Assembly (NCBI GenBank): GCA_010356995.1 | Contig: ML996699.1 | Span: forward strand, 465,697 to 529,696 | Origin: Trichodelitschia bisporula | Lineage: Eukaryota | Direction of reading: 5' to 3' | DNA: 64,000 nt | In this document: piece by piece, positions 35,932 through 48,208 of the stretch | Position numbering within the stretch: position 1 is the first letter of the stretch | Layout of the letters: each line of letters opens with the position of its first letter | The notes under the pieces: generated by a model | Told to the model about the DNA's origin: nothing | What the model saw: only the letters and a program-made list of their open reading frames with translations | Database searches by the model: none | Position numbers and translations under genes: made by a program

Positions 35932-38545
35932 TTAATAGTACTCCGGTAGGCCCATCTTCGCAAAGTCCGAAATCGTATCGCTGCACTTGAACGAGCGATC
36001 GTATATCGACTTGGGCAAAATCCCAGCATCACTCCCCAGCTTCCAGCTCCACTGCACCGCGCTCTCCGTCTTCCACGTCCAGTAAAACCAACCCCAGCCG
36101 TACTCGAAGCTCTCCATCTGCGCCTCGGCAAACTGCAACAGCCACTGCTTGTACGCCGCACTGTACTTGTTCGGGTCCGCATTAGCCTCGGTGCATTGAC
36201 ATGTCGGGTTATTTCTTGTCGGGCACTGCGGGCTTAGCACCTGGGTAGTTGCGTTACCCGTGTTGAGCGTGCCTTCCCACCGGGAGCCCATGCCGACGTT
36301 GTTGATATACTGCGCGCAGTCTGTGTCGGCCTGCGACCACTCGCCACACATGGTGGGCCCGAAGCCCGTCTGAGTGCTCATTGAGCGCTTCATTTGCGCC
36401 GTCCAACCCCCGCACGCGAAGTTCAGCTTCTCTGAGTGCGACAGCGATATCAGGTCGTTGTTGAAAATGGTGTACTGGTGCACGTCCAGAAGTAGGTTCT
36501 TGTACTGCCCCATCTTGCCTTGCCAGTTATCCAGCCCCATAAACCCGTCGCCGAAGACCAAAACTGCGGTAATATTGTTGCCACGGATCGCTTTGATGGC
36601 CTCGTCATACCACCCGAGCACGGCGCCGGTGTCGAGGCCCGTCATTCGCGGCTCGTTGAGCAGCCCATACATGGTCACAATGTTCTTGTAGCGCGGCTGT
36701 GCGAAGAATGTGCTCATCTGCTTGTGGATGTCGATGGTGCGCTGCCCGTTGAGCACCCCGTCCGTACCGTTGAGCCACCCGACGACGCCTTGCCGTCCAC
36801 TGTGGTTCCATCCGTTCTGACTTCCGGGCACGCCGTGAAAGTCGAGATTGACGCGCAGTCCGTTCTGGCGAGCCCACTCGATACCGCGGAGCAGGTAGCG
36901 CCACGAGGTCTTGGCCACATATGGATCGTCGTCGTATGTCGTGATGGCCCAGTAGGAGAAGGCGATGCGCACGTGGTCAAAACCCGCAGCGCGGATGTTT
37001 GCAAAGTCCTGCTTGGTGATGAAGGTGGCATAGTGCTGGTCGAGCATGGAGGCGGATTTAGTCTGGCCCATTTTAGAGCAAAGCGTCCATTCGTCGATGA
37101 CGCCATCCCGTGTGCTGAACTTTGAAAAAAAGGACGGCGTGATGAAGGGTTCGAGCGCCAGCCAGCCACCGATGTTCATACCGCGGACGGGCATAGACCC
37201 GTAGTCGAATTTGTCCTTGATGGCGGGGACGTGGGAATTCGCCTGTACGCTGTCGTCCCAAGTCGAGTTGAGGCCCATGATAGACAAGCCGCCAACGGCC
37301 TCGTCAGTGTAGGTGACGTTGAAGTCCGAGGTGTCATACCAGGTGAAGGGGTCGAGGTAAGTACCCTTTGCATTGGTAGGGATGCTGTCCTGGGATATGC
37401 CGTTGAGGTTGCTGTTTTTGGGCCCACTCGATGACGAGCTGGACGAGCTGGTGCTCTTGTCGCCCGTATTCTTCTTGCCCGATACGACCACACCGATGGG
37501 AATGATGATGGCGAGGAACACGGCCAGGATGCCAACCATGATAACTGCAATAATTAGCTTGGCCACGGGACACAAAAAGTGCCTTACATATGCGCTTGTT
37601 ACGCTTCTTCTTCCACTCGGAGTCGCTCGTGTAGTCGCTTGGCTCACTAAGCTTTTCCTTGCGGTATGCGTAGACCTCATCGCTCCCACCGTCCTCAAGG
37701 TAGGGCCCACTAACGAGTCTTCGCTTCTTCTTTTTAGGCGTTTCCTCCGCAGCGAGACGTCGCTCTTTCTCCTTCCTCATCTCCATCTCCGTCCTCCGCT
37801 TCCATCGTTCCTCATAATCCACCCCCTCTTCTTCACTCCCCTCATACCCGCCCCCTCTCCTCTCCATCTCCTCCCTCTCTCTCCTTGCCCTCTTGCGCTC
37901 TTCTCTTTCCCTCGCCTTCTCCGCTTTCTCCCTCCTAGCCTCCCTCTCTCTCTCCTCCCTCCTCTCCCTTTCTAATCTCGCCTCTTTTGCCCTGACCTCC
38001 TGCAAGTACGCCTGATCATAGGTCCTCCTCCCCCTCTCTCTCGCATTCGCCAAATCCAGCCTCGCCAACTGGTCCATGCTAAGTGGCTTACTGCTCCGAC
38101 TCCCGCTCCCAGTATCCGCCGTACTGGCGCGCCGACTCGTCCGGCGGCTATCGCGGGGCGTCTCGCTCGCATACCCTCTCGGTGTCTCACTAACATATCC
38201 CCTCGGCGTCTCACTCGCGTATCCCCTCCCCTCATCCTCAGACTGACGTGCATACCGCGCAGACGTCGGCCGCGAACCAGACACAGGCCGCGAGTTCGAC
38301 ACGGGACGCGAGGCCGACTCTTGCCGCCGATAACTGTCCGGCCGGCGACTGCTTGACCTTCTAGCTTCTGTGCGCACAGGTTCTGGGGGCGGGAGTAGTG
38401 CGCCCGTACTATCGGTTGCGCGATGCGTGCGTCGGCGGTGCGTGGCGCGTGGGCGCTCGACATCACGGTCGTTGGAGTCGGGGTCGAGGTCGCGGGAGGA
38501 GTGGTGGCGGCGGCGCCGGCGGGTGGGGGATGTGTCGTGTGCCAT
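35932..38545 (-). CDS. Type II membrane GH5 glucan 1,3-beta-glucosidase (exgD-like)
   Basis: Charged cytosolic N-terminus, one TM helix, RGMNIGGWLALEPFITPS, NGWNHSG, LNEP (acid/base), GEWS (nucleophile), GWFYWTWKTE. Intron at about 37545-37588. Confidence 0.92.
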
Positions 38546-40116
38546 TGATGTAGCGGATGGTGGAACGAGTGTGGAATGGGGACTGGAATGTTGGTCGTGC
38601 TGCGTTGCGTCGTTAGGGATGCGGAGTACGGAGTACCGGTTCGGAGCGAAGGTGTTTTGGGCCGGTTGGCTGGGAAACGGGCTTGGCGTGGGTTGGGGGT
38701 GGAAAGTGTGGCGCGCGCTCTCGTGTCGTGAGGTGCGGGGATTTTGGACGTTCAGACGGTTTACATGTGAGATTGAAATAGTCGTGAGCATTTTAAGGAA
38801 ACGACATAGCGTGGGGCTCAAGATGGTAATGCTTCGTTGTTTGTGAGGGCTTGAGGTTGAACTTTCAAGCGGCGTGCACCCATGATCCGATCCCTCACGA
38901 CTTTATACCGTACAGCACAACAAAGATACTAGCCGGACCACGTAGCTTTACGGAGGTAGAGTATGGCACTTCTTGTTTCTTGATCAGACTAGTTGGAGCT
39001 GAAATAGCATCCTAAAACCGTGTCGTGAACAACAAGGAAGGCACTGAGGACCTCGCGAAGCCGGTGTACGGGTACCTCCCTCGGAACGAAGAAATCCGAG
39101 AGCGTACCATCATTGCTCATCGAACGGCAAGCATGGCTTGTCTCCACAACTACTCGACCTTCCATTTTTTGACATATACTTACCGTAGATGAAGAATGAT
39201 GGCCGAAACATGGCGGCTTGTTGGTTTTGCTGACCTGTTCATCAGATACCCGGTACTTTGTGCTCTCCATCACGTCGCTTCCCAGTTCCGCTTTGAAGCC
39301 ATGACAGAAAAGCTTCGAACGCAGAGCGTGTAAGTGACAATGCAAGTCCTCTATCGAATACAAGTGCTCTAACGCTTAAGAGCAGTCTTGACCATATCCT
39401 CTTCGCTGGAGAGGGACTCGTTAGGATTTGTTGGCTCATTTTAGGTTCGGCCATACCGAACTTACCTCATCAGCAAACAACAAAGGAGAGTGTCGACAAA
39501 GTCGCTTCGGGTACTCCTCCGCGGTCTATGCCTGAACCACAGGCAATGGCTTGCTCTAAGTTTCCATCCTCAACTAATCCACTTAGGCATTTTTTTACCT
39601 CCAGTCGGACTTCGTTCTCAGCGGCCCCGGTACAAAATCGAGAAGGCTGAAGTCTCGTAGCGCCGCATACCGAGAAACTAAGAACAGTCTTTAGCTGGCC
39701 ATAAAGCTGAAGATGCTGACTTGGAGTAGTCCTTACATGGACCGAACTCGAATCACGCAGTCGTTGCTGCCAGTTCAGTCAACCTGGTCCCAATATCACA
39801 TCTTTTTACTTCGATCACTCTTCGGGCTTCCATACTCGCTATGGCGAGGCAGCATCACGGTTGGGCTATTATGGTCTCACTATGCTTTCCAAAGCCTCGC
39901 ATTCGACCATATCTAGACTCACGATGTTCTCTCATCGGCCTCACACTCTGGGCGGTCTATATGCCTTAAAAGCTCCACGCTCACCACCTTTTGAAAACCA
40001 CGCACAAACGAGCTTGATAGCCACAGAGCAATAGAAAGAACATCTATTGCACTGCCACCTTCAAGCTTACAAAACCAAAGCACACATTTTCAAGAACTCC
40101 TACTCTCGGCTGCAAC

Positions 40117-41819
40117 ATGCCGGGTCTTAGAGATATTTTCCGGCGCCGCTCCAGCAGGCGCCGGCCTGAAACGTCTACGGACGAAGTCGCCAGCGGCGCT
40201 CCCACTGGGAGTCGCCCCGAGCGCATGGAGGCCTCTGAGCCTTCCGAGCCCGCGACCCCGGTCGCGGGTCGCCCCTCCACGGAGGAGGCAGTCCCCCGGG
40301 GCTTGAGGCGCACGCCGGCTATCATGCGGCGCAGGCGGCCTCGGTCCGGCGCGGTGAGCGAAGGCTCATCCCCCGCAACACCAGCGGCTAATGGTGACAG
40401 CCCCGAGTCAGGGAGCGGGGACGAAGCGGTGGTGCCCTCCACGGAGAGCCTCCCCGCTCGGGCCGTGCCCTCACGGGCTGCCACATCGGCGGGCGAGACC
40501 CGCACGGCTGGTCCTCGCCGCTGGCCGATCCCGGCCCCGCCACCGCCGCGCCGGTCGCCATCGGATTTCCCAGTCCCCCAGCGCCGCCGCACCGTGGGGC
40601 TGGGTCCGCGCACCCCGCGCACCCTGCGCACCCCTCCGCACCGGCCGAATCTCTCGCCGGTGCCCGAGAGCACCCCCTCGATGCCCAGCCGGGATCCAAC
40701 GCCCGAAGTCCCCGCGGCCGCGCCGACGCCGGCTACGCCTCTCATGCGGAGCCGCAGCCGGCGCATCTTGGATGCCATTCGGCACCCTCGGCGCGAGCTT
40801 CGGGCTCGGCACACAGGAGAGCGCACTCCCACTACGCCGGACACCTCGTCCTTCACCCGGGCTTCGGGTGCCAGCCGCGCCCCCGGGATGACCTCAGAGG
40901 AGTCCCGGAATGCCTGGTGCATGGCGCAGAAAATGGACGACCCGGAGCACTGGCCGGCGCCATTCACTCCTCGCCCCGCGCCGGACACCGGGTCAAGCTC
41001 CACGCCTGCGGCTGGTTCCACGCCGACAACGCCGGCTCCGGGTCCGCGGAGGAGGAGGTCGTCGGCTATTAGCTCCACACCTGCCACGTCTGCTCCGGCG
41101 AGCACGCCCGCTCCCCCCTCACCAGGGACCTGGATCGGCTCGGGCAGGAGGAGGGTGGCTCCGGCCGAAGCTCCTGCGGATCCGACCACGCCTCGGGTGT
41201 CCAGGCCCCGCGCCGGATCCAGGGTGCCGGGCGCACCTAGCCGGCCCACGGGTCGCACGGCGCCTTGGTCGCCGACCGAGACCCCGAGTCCGGCCACGGG
41301 ATGGATTCCCCCTCCCGGCTGGGTGCCCGCTACCGACCCCACACCCGAGGCTAGCTCCACTCCCGCCTCCTCCACAACCCCGGCGCCTACGAACCGCCTT
41401 CCAGAGTTCTGAGCCAGCGAGTTCGGAACGCCGCTGAGGCGCGGGGGGGGTGAGAGCCTCCAGGGAGTGACTCGAGCGTCAGGAACGCGAGCGCCGCAAG
41501 CACTCCGCGGGTACACCCTGGGAGAGAGTGATCTGGGAGCGCCGCGCGCAAAACGCGGCGGTGGAGCGGGAGCGTGCGGCGGCTGAGGCGGCTGAGGCTG
41601 CGAGGGCTGCGGGACAAGAGGCTGCGGAGGTCGACCCCGCGACCGCCTTCCAGGACTTCGACGGAGTCCATGAGGCGGCGCGGAGGGCGGCGGGCGATAA
41701 CTCCCGGTTCGACAGGCATCCCGGCGACGACATTTGAGGATAGTCGCAAGCCGAGCACCGGTGCGGCTGTGGCTAAGGAGTCGGACGCTGACCCGGATTT
41801 CGCCTTTCAGGATTCTTAA
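40117..41819 (+). pseudogene. Orphan Pro/Ser/Thr/Arg-rich gene; intact ORF 40117-41412 with a disrupted continuation to 41819
   Basis: caacATG start and a 431-aa ORF. Downstream, protein-like segments (LERQERERRK...WERRAQNAAVERERAAAEAAE...; FEDSRKP...DPDFAFQDS) are separated by TGA codons and frameshifts. Confidence 0.5.
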
Positions 41820-42591
41820 GGAGTCTATGGGGCGGAGTGTCGGGGGTGGCGGACTGGCTCTGGCAACTACCGCGGCTGGGGGATGACCTGTAGAGGCGCT
41901 GAGAAGCCCAGGTGAGCGATGCTTGATAAACAATGGCTGACTGAAAAAAGGAATCGATGACTTACCCGGTCAAAAAATAAATTTGAAAAATGAATATAAT
42001 CTTCTCTGCAAAGTGACTCGAGTGATGCCAGTGACTGATATATACGCCCAGGACCGAAGCCCAGAGATAGTCAACCGAATCGGCGCTTCCGCGCGCGAAT
42101 ATATGAAATCTCCAACCTCAGTATGGCGTTCTGGAGACGCTGTCAAGGACGCTACCATGGTATCTATATCTCCAGCTGGTGAAGCCTGAGTACTGCGAGC
42201 ACCTGGTTCTCTTAGAAAAGTGAGACTGGCTGGTATTGGACGGTGTCGTTGGTTACAGGTGTTAGACGGTTGTCTCTGGGGACATGTCTCTGCGAATGTC
42301 TTCTGCTGAACAACAAGCAGGAAAACACGATAGGCCATAGTCTCGTCCTACGGTGTTAGCCGTGCTTACCACTAAAACAATCACATGGATCGAGACACCT
42401 CAGCCTCACATATAACAAAGCCAACACGCACCTGACGTTGAACCTATCATTTCACATAACCATGCACAAAGGCTCTCTCCATTATCCTCAGAGAAGAGTC
42501 ATGAGACCCACATCATGCCCCACGCCCCAAACCCAGACGCATATACACATGAACCATCTAGAACTAGATCTCGTGAACCCCAAGACATCCC

Positions 42592-44560
42592 TCACCACTG
42601 CCCGCCCTGATTCCTTCCTCGGGGTTGCCACTGCCCTGTGCTCCCCTGATTCTGACTCTGACTCTGACTCTGCCACTGCCCCGGCCCGCCCCGCTGCGGC
42701 GACTGTTGTTGCTGCCCCTGCCCCTGCGGCGCCCACCCCGCCTGCCGCTCCACATCCCAACCCTGCTCCTGCACCCTGGGCATCGGCATCGTCGCACTGC
42801 GCATCTGAATCGGCCTAGGCGCAGGCGTCATCTCCCTCCCCATCGGATCCGCATACCCAGCCGGCGCCGTATAATCCCTCCTCGCATACCCGCGCTGCGC
42901 CGAGTAACTCCCCGCCCCGGCCGCGGCGCCATACCCAGGCCTCTCCGCATACTCCCTCTGCCTCGGAGCCACGTTGCCCATTTCATACGCCTGCGGTGTT
43001 TGCGCGGGTGTGCGCGATGGCGCTGGGGCGTACCCGTGTGGCGTGCCGTGTCTGCTTTGTGGGTCCGCTTGATATCCAAACGGTGTTCCGTTACGGCTCT
43101 GGTCGAAGGGTGTTCCGTTGCGGGTGTCGTATGGCGTGCCTTTGCGGCTGTCGGGGGCGTATGCGAAGTAATCCTCGGTCCTCACTGCCGTGGTCGCACT
43201 ACTCAGTCCGGTACCCACGCGGCGCGGCGGGCCGGGTGTGAAACCACGTTGACTCTGGGATGTGTATGCGCGCGGCAGGCCAGGCGGCGGCGTAGGGTCT
43301 GTGTACGCGGGCTGCGCGGCGTTGGAGAGGAGGGGGGCATTGGACGCCGTGGTGAGGGTTGATGCACCTGTGCCTGCGCGGGAGAGGGTGGGTTTGTCGT
43401 CCAGGTCGAAGGTGGGGAGGGTGGGCGCGCGTTTGGGTTCGAAGGGGGGGGAGAAGGTGGATGTTGCGCTGGGGGGAGAGGTGCCCAGCGAAGGGAGGGT
43501 CGGGTTATTGGAGAGCGTGGTAGACGTGGAAACAATGCGTTTCTCGCCCTTGCCGTCGCGGGACTGGGCCGCGAGTTGTTGGGCATGTTTAGCAGCGCGC
43601 TTCGCCCACACACCCTCCATCTTCGTCTTCACGATACGCGCAAGGCGGGTTTCGACCTTACGCCGGCAGAAACCGGTTAGAGTTTCGTTCTGGATGTGGT
43701 GCCACAGGAAGATGATGTAGAGGATGAGCGCGGTGAGGAGGACGAGGATGCTGAGCACCCAGATTATGAGCGTGAAGGCCATGGAGGAGAGGATGATGAT
43801 TTGGTTCCTGTTGGAGGCGCCGAGGATGCGCAGGTTTTCGAAGAATTGGAGGAAGGGGGAGCGGCCCGCGGACGCGGCGTGCGTGCCCACGGGGACGAGG
43901 GTGGCTTTGGCGACGGACCAGAGCGTTACGGCGTTGACGCATTGGCGGGGGCCGTCGGCGGCGAGGAGGCGGACGGCACCTTGATTATCAGCGCGCGAAC
44001 CACTCAGATAGAGAAACGACTTACCCTTGCGCTCGAAGTAGACGAAGAGCGCGATCCAGGTCACCTTCTTCTTGCTCTTGGTCAACTCGGTGAAGACGAG
44101 GAAACGCCGCCAGCCGCCGTACTTCCACGGCAAGCTGCGCAGCACCACGGCCAGCGGGTCGAGATAGTCCTCCGTCACGCTGCCGCGGCGCATGACGCGG
44201 ATGGCGCGAAACCACTCGAAGAGGGCGAGCGTCCACGACAGCAGGATGCACACGGCGAAGATCCACTTTGAGACGGCGAAGGGGATGCCGGGCTTGACTT
44301 CGCTGGACCACTCATTGAAGGCGAGCAGCTTGACGGCTGTGAAGGTATCGGCGGCATACACGGCGATGGTGACGATCACCAGGATGATGAGCCAGACGTA
44401 GGAAGCGAAGGGTCCGCATGATTTGGCCTTGAAGTCCTTTATCGTCTGTAGCAAGTCAACCGGATTGCACTCCGCGATAGGGAGAACGGATACGCACGAT
44501 GTAGTCCCATTTCTGGGTTTCGAGAACGCTTTCGCGCTCTTCGCCGCCCCAGCGCCCCAT
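42592..44560 (-). CDS. KCH1: Fungal KCH-family potassium transporter (Kch1/Prm6-like)
   Basis: Spliced N-terminus MGRWGGEERESVLETQKWDYI|TIKDFK...VYAADTFTAVKLLAFNEWS, F..LTKSKK, ADGPRQCVNAVTL. Introns 44446-44497 and 43980-44024. Confidence 0.8.
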
Positions 44561-45569
44561 GATGATAGTCGATTCAATTAGATTTACGGGTTAGTTGGCG
44601 GAAAAGAAACGGCGCCTCAGTCCGGCTGAGCGATGGGGGGGAGGTCGAGGTTGAATGTCGGGGTGTGAGTGACGTCGGAGTACGCGTCGGCGCGTGAATA
44701 GATCTGGTCCAGCCGTGCGATCGGTCCCCGGGGGAGAGGGAATGCGCGATTGCGCGAATGAATGTGGGTATCGATAGCTTATCGATGGCGAGAACGATCT
44801 TTGGCCGTCTCGAGAATCACGCTTCGAGGGCGGTTGAGAGAGAGGAAGGTCGCTTGTGCGCAGGTGCACGCATGGCGTGTTCGCTTGCTTGCAGTGCGCA
44901 GGAGTTGGAATGTTGGATGGCAGTATGGTCGTAGGTAGTTGGAGAAGAACAAGAGAAAGTCGTTCGGCGAAGCCGCAGGTCGCCAGTGCCGTCGTGGTCC
45001 GCCCGTCGCGGAGTCTCGTGGTCAAGACAAAAGTCTTTGTCTGGTGTCGTCGCAAAGCTGTCCCAAAGCATCCACCGACCAGCAGCAGTCTGGAGCACAA
45101 AACCTCAAACCGCCTCGTCGCGATCACAAACGGTTTGGTTTACAGCCTCAGCAGTTGTCGTACAGCACGGCAGCGCGCGCACATAGTGTCCATAGCGATG
45201 ATTGAGTAACGTGAAGCCGTGGAGCGCGCGTGCACTCCCAACTCCCCTCGCTTCTCCTCCCCTCCACACATCAAACCCTCCACGCCTGCCCCCAAAACGC
45301 CCACACCCCCCCCCAGTCGGCGTTCCTGTTCCTGGCCGCGGCAGTTTGAAGTTCAGTGGCGCCACAAGCATGAGCCAATCACGCATCCCAACTGAGCCAC
45401 ACCCGCGCCGGCGTCTGGGGTTGCAGCGAAGCCAATTTCCGGTCTTCGGGGGCAATTGGTCGGTGATTTCTCATGACTGTCGAGTTATCAGAGCCCGCGG
45501 CCGTCAAACATCAGCCATAAGCACTGGACTCGCTCACACCGATTGATAGTCGAAGGCGACGTGGCCGGC

Positions 45570-45616
45570 CTGTCTCTCGCCCTCTCCTTTCCTCTCCTCT
45601 CCTCTCCTCTCCTCTC
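45570..45616. repeat. (CTCCT)n pyrimidine microsatellite
   Basis: cctctcctctcctctcctctcctctc run. Confidence 0.8.
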
Positions 45617-46420
45617 GCTTCAGCTTTAGACTCCCAGACCGTGCTCGCAAAACAAGACAGTCGCACGCCGCAAACACCCCCCGTCGCAGACCTCCGGCTC
45701 CAACCCTCCCGACCAGCCCGCATCGTTTCGTTTTCTGCACCGCGCTGATTGGCGCGGCGAGGCTTGAGTGGAGTGGGCAGAGATGAGCAGGGGGCGGGTT
45801 GGGGGTGAATGGAGCCTGGGCAAGGAGATTTGAGGCGCGCGCATGTGGCTAACCGCGTTGAGTACTGTGGTAGGCGCGGAGGTGTTCGTTTGGGACCTGC
45901 GTCCGGCGTCGTGCTCTGTACTGCAGGGGGAGCTCTGAAGCAACAGATAACACGACGTCCAGCATAGGTCTCAGCTAGCTGCGGCCGCTTTGACCCTGAT
46001 CGCCTTCCTCCCGCCATCCGTGCGAGCGGCCCGCTGTTCGTATCCAGTCTCCACTTCCCCGCGCGCCACCATCGCCGAGACGGGGATGGTGAACGATTCA
46101 CTTGGCTGCGGAACGCTGGGTTCGTGATCCTACTGTGCACTTGGCGTGCGCGGGTCGTGGTTGCGGTGTGTCGTGCAATGGGGCTATTCTTGTCGAGACT
46201 GGTTGGCCATCCTCGTGGGGGCACGAGAGGGCGTACGCGACGTCGTGATACCGGCGAGGCGCTGGTGCGTTGTGTATGAATCCGCCGATACGCTGGGATA
46301 TCTTCACGTTGCGTGAGGTACCATGGTACAAGAAGGAAGAAGGCGCATGGAGCTGGATATATTCCCGAACATAGCTAGCAATCAAAAGTCCCCCAAGAAT
46401 CCAAAAGTCGGCCGTCCGCC

Positions 46421-48208
46421 TCACCACCCTGCCAGCGTCTTCATCCTAACCTTCAATCCGCCCCTCGGGCGGCTCGTAAGCCCCGACGCAATATCCAACT
46501 GATAATCCTTATCCGCAAGCTCCATCTCAAACCTGCCCACCCACGCCGCAACCAAAATCGCAAACTCCGCCTTCGCAAACTCCTTCCCGATACAACTGCG
46601 CGGACCGTGGAGGAACGTCAAAAAAGCGTAGTTATTCTTCTGGCCGCCCGTGTTCGCGCGCCCCGGCCCCAACCACCGATCCGGATTGAACACATGCGCA
46701 TCCTCGCCCCAACCCGCTTTGCTTACATTGATAGCCCCAGGGTGCAGGATAATCATCGTGCCCTTCGGAATCGGCTTGCCGACGATAGTCGTGTCGTGCG
46801 CCGCGATGCGCATTGTCAGCGTGACGGGGGGCATGAAGCGCAGCACCTCGTTGCAGAATGCGTTCAGGTAGGGCAGCTTGTCGATATCCGCCGGTGATAT
46901 GCTGCTGTCCGGGTCACTGAGCGGCGGCAACGAGGAGCGGATTTCCTCGCGCAGGCGCCGCTGCACGTGCGGGTGCAGGCAGAGGAGATAACTGGCCCAG
47001 GACATGGCGGACGCGGTGGTCTCGTGGCCGGCGGCCAGGAAGGTCATCAACTGGTCAATCAGGCTCTCATCGGTGAACATGCCGGACTCTAGCGCCGTGG
47101 AGAGGATATCCACGCCCGTATCCCCACTCTTTTCGAAGACGCTGCGCTTCTCATCGATAAGCCCCTGGCATACGCGGCGAATGAGTTTGATCGCATCATT
47201 AATCTCCTGATTCCGCCTAATCGGCAGACGCGTCACGACGCCGGGAGGAAGCACCAAGCCTAGGAGACCGATCAGGCGCGCGCCGCGGTTCGGTTGGAAG
47301 ATATGCCGATAGCACTGGTTGAGCTCGCTCTGCGGGTCCTGGATCGCGTTGAAGTCGTGGCCCATGCCTGCGACGCCGATGATGTCGAGCGTGACGCGGC
47401 TCGCCCACCCGCCCACCTCGAGGACATCGGCGTCGGGATCGGACTCGGTCGCTTCGCGCAGGGTACCCGCCATGGCGGTCGTGACTTCGCGCGCCTTGGC
47501 CCAGAAGACGGGATACAGGTTCTTGACATGCCGGTAGGAGAAGGCGGGCATGAGGTTTTTGCGTTGGCGCTGGACCGTCAGCTCGCTCCTGCACCAAGGG
47601 CCACCTGAAAAGGTCATGACCGCCCCCGTGCGCAAAAACGCGTAGGCAGGGCGGCCATGATTAATTCGGATGGCCCTCGGGCACACAGAGGACGTACCTT
47701 GTGCTCGTCGCCCTCGGCGAGCAGAATCCCAATTCCGAGGAGGCGGCCCAGCGTGGTGCGGAACTGGGGCGGCTTGACGAAGTCGTAGTTTTTCGTGTGC
47801 AGGACCTCTTGGAGCGCCGTACCGTTCGTGATTAGGACGCGCTCCAGGTGGAATAAGTGGTAGAGGATCAGCCCGTCGTTGGGGATCGTTTCCTCCCATT
47901 CCTTCATTGGCTGACCGTTGGGCTCTTCTCTGATTTTGGCCCATTGGCCGTAGAAGAAGTCGGATTTCTAGGTGGGTCAGATCGAGTTCTTTAAATCGGT
48001 GATAACGTACCTTTGGCTGCGGGAGCTTCCTGAGCGGGCTGAAGACCTTAGGCCAGAGGATCATGTTCCACACTACCCAACCCACTCCCTGCGCCAGCGC
48101 AAGCAGGAAGATGTTTATCAGGTAAGACCCCAGCGATGCATTGCTCAGATAACGCGCGAGGAGAACGGCGCACGCGCTTGTGAGCGCAACGCGGCTGCCA
48201 AAGCCCAT
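46421..48208 (-). CDS. Cytochrome P450 monooxygenase
   Basis: N-terminal anchor, AGHETT I-helix, EVLR (ExxR), FNPDRW, FLHGPRSCIG haem motif. Introns 47968-48010 and 47570-47697 restore the frame. Confidence 0.95.
   Translation of the reverse strand: MGFGSRVALTSACAVLLARYLSNASLGSYLINIFLLALAQGVGWVVWNMILWPKVFSPLRKLPQPKVRYHRFKELDLTHLEIRLLLRPMGQNQRRAQRSANEGMGGNDPQRRADPLPLIPPGARPNHERYGAPRGPAHEKLRLRQAAPVPHHAGPPPRNWDSARRGRRAQGTSSVCPRAIRINHGRPAYAFLRTGAVMTFSGGPWCRSELTVQRQRKNLMPAFSYRHVKNLYPVFWAKAREVTTAMAGTLREATESDPDADVLEVGGWASRVTLDIIGVAGMGHDFNAIQDPQSELNQCYRHIFQPNRGARLIGLLGLVLPPGVVTRLPIRRNQEINDAIKLIRRVCQGLIDEKRSVFEKSGDTGVDILSTALESGMFTDESLIDQLMTFLAAGHETTASAMSWASYLLCLHPHVQRRLREEIRSSLPPLSDPDSSISPADIDKLPYLNAFCNEVLRFMPPVTLTMRIAAHDTTIVGKPIPKGTMIILHPGAINVSKAGWGEDAHVFNPDRWLGPGRANTGGQKNNYAFLTFLHGPRSCIGKEFAKAEFAILVAAWVGRFEMELADKDYQLDIASGLTSRPRGGLKVRMKTLAGW

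Noticed and set aside
38989..39460. Short minus-strand ORFs with two GTAAGT donors
   Set aside because: Could not assemble a coherent spliced ORF or recognise any domain.
39435..39480. Hammerhead-like CTGATGAG...CGAA on the minus strand
   Set aside because: The core reads GAAC rather than GAAA and stems I and III are not evident; it also looks like a simple GTAAGT donor.
40044..41933. 629-aa minus-strand ORF
   Set aside because: Gly/Arg/Val-rich mirror of the GC-rich plus-strand ORF, with a non-ATG start.
46421..48208. P450 as the core of a secondary-metabolite cluster
   Set aside because: No PKS, NRPS, terpene synthase or cluster regulator is visible in the window.
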